From a virus: 64,000 bases of DNA. Position 1 is the first letter of the stretch, and each line of letters starts with the position of its first letter. The DNA is taken from the IMG/VR virus record IMGVR_UViG_3300044568_003939. One strand, 5' to 3'. Shown piece after piece: positions 57,333 to 64,000 of this stretch. Below the pieces are notes generated by a model. It was not told the DNA's origin, did not search any database, and saw only the letters and a program-made list of their open reading frames with translations. Position numbers and translations under genes: made by a program.

Positions 57333-57370
57333 GAGCAGGAGCATGTATATATGTGCTCCTGCTCTTATTA
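57333..57370 (+). terminator. Hairpin terminator after gp19
   Basis: gagcaggagca / tgctcctgctc inverted repeat followed by T-rich sequence. Confidence 0.65.
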
Positions 57371-57382
57371 TATATAAACTAT

Positions 57383-58930
57383 ATGAAAATATTTGGATTT
57401 GAAATAACCAAGCGCTTAAGTAAAGATGCACCAGAAGATAAAGATTCTTTGCAAAGCTTTGCTTTACCGGTTGACAATGAAGGTGCAGCATATGTTAGTG
57501 CTGCAAACAGTGCTGCTGGTTATTACGGTCAGATTCTTGATATTGATGGTGGTAGTCTAAACAACGAAAAGGATCTTATCTTACGCTATCGTGCTAGTGC
57601 AGTTCAACCTGAATGCGATGCAGCCATCACGGAAATTGTAAATGGAGCAATTGTAAATGATAGTGACGGCGCACCGGTCAATTTGATTCTTGATAATGTT
57701 GAACTAGCTGATAATATTAAGAAAAAAATTCATGAAGAATTCTCTAATATTCTTCAACTATTAGATTTTACTTATACAGGCTTTGACCTGTTTCGCCGTT
57801 GGTATATTGATGGGCGTATATATTTTTACATGATTATGGATCCCAAAAAGCCTAAGGAAGGCATCAAAGAGATTCAACAAATTGATCCGCTAAAGATCAA
57901 AAAGATTAAAGAAGTTAGTACTCGTATTGATAAAGCTACCGGCATCAAGACGAGCGAAATCACTGATGAATACTTTTTGTATACTGATGATTTTAATAAC
58001 AATGCCGGCATGAACGGATTAAAGATTGATCCTAATGCTATTGTATATGTACCAAGTGGAGTATTGGATGAAAACGGAAAAGTTAGTATCAGTCACCTGC
58101 ACAAAGCCGTTAAACTAGTGAATCAACTGCGCATGATGGAAGATGCATTGGTCATCTATCGTATTGCGCGCGCACCTGAGCGCCGTATTTTCTATATTGA
58201 TATTGGTAACCTTCCAAAAGGTAAAGCCGAAGAATATGTACAAGGCATTATGGCCAAGTACCGCAACAAGCTGATGTATGACGCCAACACTGGTGAAATA
58301 CGTGATGATCGCAAGACCATGAGTATGCTTGAAGACTTTTGGCTCCCGCGTCGTGAAGGTGGCCGAGGTACCGAAATTACAACACTACCAGGTGGTGAAA
58401 ACCTTAGTCAAATTGAAGATGTTATCTACTTTAAGAAAAATCTTTACAAGTCACTAAATGTTCCATCAAGCCGTCTTGAGAGCGAAACCATGTTTAATGT
58501 TGGTCGCAGCACTGAGATTAACCGTGAAGAAGTTAAATTCCAAAAGTTTATCAACCGTCTTCGCCGCAAGTTTAGTACATTGTTTATTGACATGCTGCGC
58601 GTTCAATTGATTCTTAAAGGAATTATTACGCAGGATGATTGGAATCATATACGTCAAAACAGTAGCATTGACTATATTGAAGACAACTTCTTTAGCGAAC
58701 TCAAGGACTTTGAAATTATGAAAGAGCGCCTTGAAATGTTGGGAAGCATTGAAGGTCAGATTGGCAAATACTACAGTGAAAAGTGGGTACGCTCAAATAT
58801 TCTAAATCAGAGTGAAGATGAGGTTGAAAAGATGAATGAGCAAATTAAACTTGAAGCAGCTGAAGCAGAAGCTGGGGCTCCTGCAGATGGAGAAGGCGAT
58901 GGCCCTGATACTGCAGATTTTGGCGCTTAA
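57383..58930 (+). CDS. gp20: Portal protein
   Basis: RRWYIDGR, YRIARAPERRIFYID, MLEDFWLPRREGGRGTEITTLPGG; start reassigned to ATG 57383. Confidence 0.97.
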   Translation: MKIFGFEITKRLSKDAPEDKDSLQSFALPVDNEGAAYVSAANSAAGYYGQILDIDGGSLNNEKDLILRYRASAVQPECDAAITEIVNGAIVNDSDGAPVNLILDNVELADNIKKKIHEEFSNILQLLDFTYTGFDLFRRWYIDGRIYFYMIMDPKKPKEGIKEIQQIDPLKIKKIKEVSTRIDKATGIKTSEITDEYFLYTDDFNNNAGMNGLKIDPNAIVYVPSGVLDENGKVSISHLHKAVKLVNQLRMMEDALVIYRIARAPERRIFYIDIGNLPKGKAEEYVQGIMAKYRNKLMYDANTGEIRDDRKTMSMLEDFWLPRREGGRGTEITTLPGGENLSQIEDVIYFKKNLYKSLNVPSSRLESETMFNVGRSTEINREEVKFQKFINRLRRKFSTLFIDMLRVQLILKGIITQDDWNHIRQNSSIDYIEDNFFSELKDFEIMKERLEMLGSIEGQIGKYYSEKWVRSNILNQSEDEVEKMNEQIKLEAAEAEAGAPADGEGDGPDTADFGA

Positions 58931-58961
58931 TTAAACAAAGAAAAATATAAATAAATACCGT

Positions 58962-59435
58962 ATGAGTAACATTAAAAATTTTATAAAAAGCATTGCATCT
59001 GGTAATACAGCTGCAAGTGCATCGTCGTTGCAGTCACTAATCATTGATAAAGTTAAGACTGTTCTTGACATCAAAAGAATTGAATTGAGTGCTAGCATTT
59101 ACGATCAACCAAAAATTACCGAAAGCATTGTATCCGAGGCCATGGTGAAAAACACAAAAAAGTTTGACTATGCGCATGGTTTAGCAATTGAACGTAAAGA
59201 CCCAAAATTCCGTGAAGCACAAGGCGAAATTTACCGCGCACTTGATGATGAAGACAAACGTGCGCTTTCACGCATTATTCAAATTGATACACGTGATGAC
59301 GACGGTAAGCAATTTGAAAAAGAAATTCGCATGCTATACACAAAGCTGATGAAAAAGTTTAAGAATGTTAGCGTATCTGATGGAGGTAATCCAAAGGTCT
59401 ATGATGCACTAAACTATGTGCTTGATAAAATATAA
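58962..59435 (+). CDS. Prohead core protein (gp67-like N-terminus with extension)
   Basis: Lies between gp20 and gp21; helical N-terminus; TATAAATA at 58946-58953. Confidence 0.55.
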   Translation: MSNIKNFIKSIASGNTAASASSLQSLIIDKVKTVLDIKRIELSASIYDQPKITESIVSEAMVKNTKKFDYAHGLAIERKDPKFREAQGEIYRALDDEDKRALSRIIQIDTRDDDGKQFEKEIRMLYTKLMKKFKNVSVSDGGNPKVYDALNYVLDKI

Positions 59436-59461
59436 GTTTATATAAATAAACTATTATCAAT

Positions 59462-60106
59462 ATGAAGTTAATTACTGAACATTTAGAGGATTTAAATTAT
59501 CTAGTTGAGTCCGCTGCAGATGGCAGTAAGAACTATGTTATTGAAGGGATATTCATGCAGGCTGAGCAGCTTAATCGCAATCGCCGTGTATATCCAAAAA
59601 CAGTTTTAGAAGGAGCAGTTGCAAAGTATGTAACTGACTATGTTAATCGTGGACGAGCTGTTGGTGAATTGAATCACCCAGAAGGCCCTGCGATTAACCT
59701 CGATAAAGTTTCGCATCGCATTACCGCTCTCAAGTGGAATGGTAATGATGTTGTTGGAAAAGCACTCATCCTGAATACGCCAATGGGTAAAATTGTGAAA
59801 GGACTATTGGAAGGCGGATGTCAGTTGGGTGTTTCAAGCCGTGGTATGGGAACCGTTGCAAGCAAGAATGGTCAAACAGTTGTCAATGAAGACTTCGTGT
59901 TGTCCACAGTTGATATTGTGCAAGATCCAAGTGCTCCGTCCGCTTTTGTGAACGGCATTATGGAAGGCGTAGAATGGATCTGGGATAACGGACTACTTAA
60001 GCCGCAACAAATTGAAATGTATGAGACAGAAATTAAGAAGACCTCTTCTGCCAAATTGGCTGAAGCTCAGGAACGTATCTTCAAAGATTTCCTCTCCAAA
60101 CTCTAA
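59462..60106 (+). CDS. gp21: Prohead protease
   Basis: MKLITE, NRNRRVYP, GELNHP, LGVSSRGMG, DIVQDPSAPSAFV; TATAAATA at 59441-59448. Confidence 0.96.
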   Translation: MKLITEHLEDLNYLVESAADGSKNYVIEGIFMQAEQLNRNRRVYPKTVLEGAVAKYVTDYVNRGRAVGELNHPEGPAINLDKVSHRITALKWNGNDVVGKALILNTPMGKIVKGLLEGGCQLGVSSRGMGTVASKNGQTVVNEDFVLSTVDIVQDPSAPSAFVNGIMEGVEWIWDNGLLKPQQIEMYETEIKKTSSAKLAEAQERIFKDFLSKL

Positions 60107-60128
60107 ACAAAATAAAGTAATATAACTC

Positions 60129-61244
60129 ATGAAAACAAAACAAGAAACAATTGAAGATGATATCATTGAAGATATCAGCGAAGAAACATTACTTTCTCTT
60201 GACGAAACTTTAGAGGCGGACGCGGAATCAACTGAGATCGCTGAAGCTAAAGTTAAGGAAGAAGAAGAAGATGAAGATGATATGGAAGATGCTGATGAAA
60301 TGGAAGAAGCAATGGATAAAGTTGGTAAAGAAGATGACGACGTTGATAACGACGGTGATTCCGATGAGACTGACGAATATCTAAAGAATCGCCGCAAGAA
60401 AATTTCAGCAGCTATTGAAAAGCAAAATGAAGAAGTTGAACTTGAAGAAACTCCTGTTGTTAAAGAACAACTTGCAGTTGACTCAAGCGACATTACGCAA
60501 TTGGTTGAAAGCGAAGCTGGACTAACTGAAGAATTCAAAGAAAAAGCAACGCTTATTTTTGAAACTGCAGTTCGCTCTAAAGTTGCTGAAGCTGAAGCAA
60601 CACTTAAGGAAGAATATGCAACACGTTTGACAGAAGAAGTTGAAAGCATTCATGAAGACTTGGTCGAAAAGATCGACGGTTATTTAACGTATGCAGTTGA
60701 AAGCTGGGTAGCTGACAATAAAGTTGCAGTTGAAAGTACATTGCGTACTGAGATTGCAGAAAACTTTATCACTTCTCTTAAGAGCGTATTTGTTGAAAAC
60801 TATATTGACGTACCTGAAGGTAAGACAGATATGGTTGCTGAAATGGAAACCAAGTTGAGCGAAACTCAAGAGCAAGCTGCAAAGCTTGAGCGTATTGCTG
60901 AGAGCCTTGCTGAGAAAGTTGAAACACTGTCTCGCGCAAATGTTCTTGCCGAAACTACTCGTGACCTTGCTGATACTCAAGTTGCCAAATTGCAAGCATT
61001 ATCCGAAGATGTCGAATATGTTGATACAGATTCATTCCGTAAGAAAATTGAAACTCTCAAAGAGTTTTATATCAATAGCCGTCAAAACGTTGAAGAAGAA
61101 ACCATTGAAGAATCTTCATACATCAGTACAGAAACTATCATCGAAAACGAAACCTTTGGTGAAGAAGTTTCACCAAGTATGCAACAATATTTAACCGCAA
61201 TATCTCGCCTCAACAATGCGCAAACTGCAAACACTGTTAGCTGA
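60129..61244 (+). CDS. gp22: Prohead scaffolding protein
   Basis: Acidic coiled coil; LTEEFKEKATLIFETAV, LKSVFVENYIDVP. Confidence 0.93.
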   Translation: MKTKQETIEDDIIEDISEETLLSLDETLEADAESTEIAEAKVKEEEEDEDDMEDADEMEEAMDKVGKEDDDVDNDGDSDETDEYLKNRRKKISAAIEKQNEEVELEETPVVKEQLAVDSSDITQLVESEAGLTEEFKEKATLIFETAVRSKVAEAEATLKEEYATRLTEEVESIHEDLVEKIDGYLTYAVESWVADNKVAVESTLRTEIAENFITSLKSVFVENYIDVPEGKTDMVAEMETKLSETQEQAAKLERIAESLAEKVETLSRANVLAETTRDLADTQVAKLQALSEDVEYVDTDSFRKKIETLKEFYINSRQNVEEETIEESSYISTETIIENETFGEEVSPSMQQYLTAISRLNNAQTANTVS

Positions 61245-61289
61245 TACACGGTTCCCAAAAAACAAACAACAACCTAGAAAATAACTATT

Positions 61290-62675
61290 ATGTTTAATTC
61301 AGAACAACTACAAAAGAAATGGGCTCCAATCTTGGAAGCCAAAGACGCTCCTTCATTCAAGGACAACTATCGTAAAGCAATCACTGCAGTTCTCCTTGAA
61401 AACCAAGAGAAAGCACTTCGCGAAGAAAATGCACAATCATCATTCCTCAACGAAGGAAACAGCATTGGAGCCGGAACTGGCGCAGTTAAGACCTGGGATC
61501 CAGTTCTTATCAGCCTTGTTCGTCGTTCAATGCCTAACATCGTTGCTTATGACATTGCTGGTGTTCAACCAATGACCATGCCTACTGGCTTGATCTTTGC
61601 AATGCGCTCGCAATATCAAAATGCTGCTGGCACAAACACTGCTGAAGCTCTTTTCAACAAGCCTGCAACTAACTTCTCTGGAAGTGTTACTACGGCTCAA
61701 GGAGAAGCACTTACTGGCAATGGTGTTGATGGTAACTACTCTGACCCAGGTGGTTTTGGTATTGGTGCAACTGCAGCTGTTACTGTTAGCATTGGCCGCA
61801 CAACCGGTTCTTCTGGTTTTGGTCAAATGGGCTTCACTGTTGACAAGACCACTGTTACTGCTAAGACACGCGCTCTTAAAGCAGAATACACAATGGAACT
61901 TGCTCAAGACCTTAAGGCTGTTCACGGCCTTGATGCAGAAGCTGAACTTGCAAATATCCTCTCTGTTGAAATCCTTGCAGAAATCAACCGTGAAGTTATT
62001 GAAACTGTTAATCTTAAGGCACAAGTTGGTGGTATTCGCAACGTAATCCTTGCTGGTGCATCTGGTGGTGCTGGTACTGCAACTGTTTCGGCTACTGCAA
62101 GCGGTGCATTTGATATTAATGAAGATGCAGACGGCCGTTGGGCTGTTGAGAAGTTCAAATCACTTCTTTTCCAAATTGAAATTGAAGCCAACTACATTGC
62201 AAAAGCAACACGTCGTGGTAAAGGTAACATCGTTATTTGCTCAAGTAACATTGCATCTGCTCTTGCAGCTGCTGGTGTTCTTGACTATTCCCCAGCGCTT
62301 TCAACCAACCTGAATGTTGATGACACAGGTAACGTATTTGCTGGTGTTCTTAACGGACGCATGAAGGTGTTCATCGACCCATTCGCTGACACTGATTATG
62401 TGACTGTTGGTTATCGTGGAACCAATGCATATGATGCAGGTATCTTCTATTGCCCATATGTTCCATTGACAATGGTTCGTGCCGTTGATCCTAACACCTT
62501 CCAACCAAAGATTGGTTTCAAGACACGTTATGGTCTCGTTGCTAACCCATTTGCATGTTTGCCAGGTGCAACTGACTCGCTTGGAGTTGATGGTCAAAAC
62601 CCATACTTCCGTAAGTTCACAGTTACCGGTCTCGGCGGTGGATCTTATATCCCAACTGAACAATACGCTTCATAA
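61290..62675 (+). CDS. gp23: Major capsid protein
   Basis: KKWAPIL, GVQPM..PTGLIFAMR, RALKAEYTMELAQDLKAVHGLDAE, FQPKIGFKTRYG. Confidence 0.98.
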   Translation: MFNSEQLQKKWAPILEAKDAPSFKDNYRKAITAVLLENQEKALREENAQSSFLNEGNSIGAGTGAVKTWDPVLISLVRRSMPNIVAYDIAGVQPMTMPTGLIFAMRSQYQNAAGTNTAEALFNKPATNFSGSVTTAQGEALTGNGVDGNYSDPGGFGIGATAAVTVSIGRTTGSSGFGQMGFTVDKTTVTAKTRALKAEYTMELAQDLKAVHGLDAEAELANILSVEILAEINREVIETVNLKAQVGGIRNVILAGASGGAGTATVSATASGAFDINEDADGRWAVEKFKSLLFQIEIEANYIAKATRRGKGNIVICSSNIASALAAAGVLDYSPALSTNLNVDDTGNVFAGVLNGRMKVFIDPFADTDYVTVGYRGTNAYDAGIFYCPYVPLTMVRAVDPNTFQPKIGFKTRYGLVANPFACLPGATDSLGVDGQNPYFRKFTVTGLGGGSYIPTEQYAS

Positions 62676-62702
62676 GTTGGAGTAATCCCTTTAGGGAATC
62701 GT

Positions 62703-62736
62703 AAGGTGGGCAATCGAAAGGTTGCCCACCTTTTTT
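62703..62736 (+). terminator. Rho-independent terminator
   Basis: aaggtgggcaatc-GAAA-ggttgcccacctt followed by T run. Confidence 0.9.
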
Positions 62737-62758
62737 ACTTTAATAAATACCTTATAAT

Positions 62759-63211
62759 ATGGCTACCAATTTATTATCATTGACTGGGTTTAAGATGCAG
62801 TTTAATACTGACCAGTTTTCTATGTGTGAGCGTCTTGCAGTATCAGCTTCTTTTCCAAGCATAAGCGTTAGTGAAGTTGCTATCAACTTCTCCAACAAAG
62901 CAGGCTATGTTAGCAGCGGATTCCTTGAGTATGGAGAGTTGAGCGTACGCATTGCTGTTGATGAAGCGCTAGGTGTATATGAAGAATTATACAATTGGAT
63001 AAAGCGCAACAGTGAAGGAGCAGCATTAGAAACATATGGTCTTGTATTAAACTTTGTCACAAGTCATTTTAATGTATCACGCAGTGTGAGTTTTAACAGT
63101 GTATTTGCTAGCAGCATCAGTGGTATAGAATTAAACGCTCAGGCTACAGATGTAGAGTATGCATATATTGATGTGACATTTAAATATGACAGCTTTGATT
63201 TCCTAGATTAA
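62759..63211 (+). CDS. gp3: Tail completion / tube terminator
   Basis: NLLS..GF, LEYGELSV...VDE....YEELYNW, DVTFKY; synteny. Confidence 0.8.
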   Translation: MATNLLSLTGFKMQFNTDQFSMCERLAVSASFPSISVSEVAINFSNKAGYVSSGFLEYGELSVRIAVDEALGVYEELYNWIKRNSEGAALETYGLVLNFVTSHFNVSRSVSFNSVFASSISGIELNAQATDVEYAYIDVTFKYDSFDFLD

Positions 63212-63235
63212 AAACGTATAAATCAATCTAGAACA

Positions 63236-63682
63236 ATGACTCTAGATGATATATTAAAAATGTGGGCTGAGGACATCAAGATTGATGAAGTTAATCTTGA
63301 TGTTACTAGTATGAAGAGTGCTCAGTTGCACTCAAAATATCTTGAGCTATACAGCTTAAGTAAATTGCAATTTAAAAAAGGTGAATTGGGTATGGCTGTT
63401 CTTAAAAAAGATAAATGGTTATACTATAACGGCAAGATGAGTAAAGAAGATATGGACAGCCGTGGATGGAATTACGATCCTTTTGCTGGAATGGCCAAAC
63501 CGCTTAAAAGTGATATGGATCTTTTTTATGAAACTGATGCTGACATTAGCAAACTTCGCATGAAGTTGGACTATCAGCAGGTTATTGTTGATAGTCTTAA
63601 AGATATTCTTGACAACATCAAATGGCGTCACTCACATATTAAAAATATTTTGGATTTTCGAAGATTCACTGCAGGAGTTTGA
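63236..63682 (+). CDS. uvsY: Recombination mediator
   Basis: LHSKYLELY, KWLYYNGK, KWRHSHIKN..DFRRF. Confidence 0.9.
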   Translation: MTLDDILKMWAEDIKIDEVNLDVTSMKSAQLHSKYLELYSLSKLQFKKGELGMAVLKKDKWLYYNGKMSKEDMDSRGWNYDPFAGMAKPLKSDMDLFYETDADISKLRMKLDYQQVIVDSLKDILDNIKWRHSHIKNILDFRRFTAGV

Positions 63683-63683
63683 T

Positions 63684-64000
63684 ATGGCTGACATTACCGT
63701 AAAGAAAGTAAATGAGTGCACTCTAAAAATTTGGAGTGATGACCATGGTATACTCATGGAAGCGCAAGAATACTTTACTTTTTTTGCTGAAGGTTACAAA
63801 TATATGGTGGCATTTAAAAATCGCATGTGGGATGGGCGGGTAAGACTCTTGGATATGCGTAGCCACACATTACCGTATGGACTCCTGTTGGAATTGCTTA
63901 AGTTTGCAGATGCTCGCAAATATACCGTAGAACTTGATCGTGATATACGTGATCGCACTCCTCAAAATAAAACAGGATTGGTTGACTATGCAAAAAGTCT
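63684..64000 (+). CDS. uvsW: DNA helicase, 5' part (runs off the window)
   Basis: Manual translation MADITVKKVNE...YFTFFAEGYKYM...NRMWDGRVRL...LPYGLL. Confidence 0.88.
   Translation, partial: MADITVKKVNECTLKIWSDDHGILMEAQEYFTFFAEGYKYMVAFKNRMWDGRVRLLDMRSHTLPYGLLLELLKFADARKYTVELDRDIRDRTPQNKTGLVDYAKS

Noticed and set aside
1-64000. Stop-codon reassignment, tRNA or rRNA genes
   Set aside because: Core genes are full length in the standard code and use TAA, TAG and TGA stops; intergenic gaps are short and show no cloverleaf by eye (tRNAscan not run)

Overview
This 64-kb window is the virion-morphogenesis region of a large T4-like (myovirus) phage, standard genetic code. It runs from a histidine phosphatase and gp33/gp59/gp32 through the baseplate hub and wedge genes, then a long accessory region of fibres and adhesins (28.2-48.4 kb), then neck, terminase, tail and head genes, ending in uvsY and a partial uvsW. 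Main observations: (1) TerL is a fractured gene carrying an atypically split intein, with a GIY-YIG/NUMOD3 endonuclease still fused in frame to IntN but also having its own late promoter and RBS. (2) A canonical -1 slippery site (T TTT TTC) joins gp26 to an unannotated gp51-like ORF just upstream of the tape-measure-like gene, resembling the lambda G/GT tail-chaperone frameshift. (3) An RcGTA-like head-spike base + fibre module is present, plus two paralogous fibres with different anchors. (4) An AT-rich eight-gene glycan-modification island, including GT29 sialyltransferase-like genes, sits among the fibre genes. (5) A fibre/LRR-adhesin cassette is bracketed by direct repeats. (6) Many late promoters sit exactly 6 nt from the ATG, implying leaderless mRNAs. 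(7) A sigma70-type promoter points antisense into gp16. All protein calls come from motif recognition and synteny; no database searches were run.
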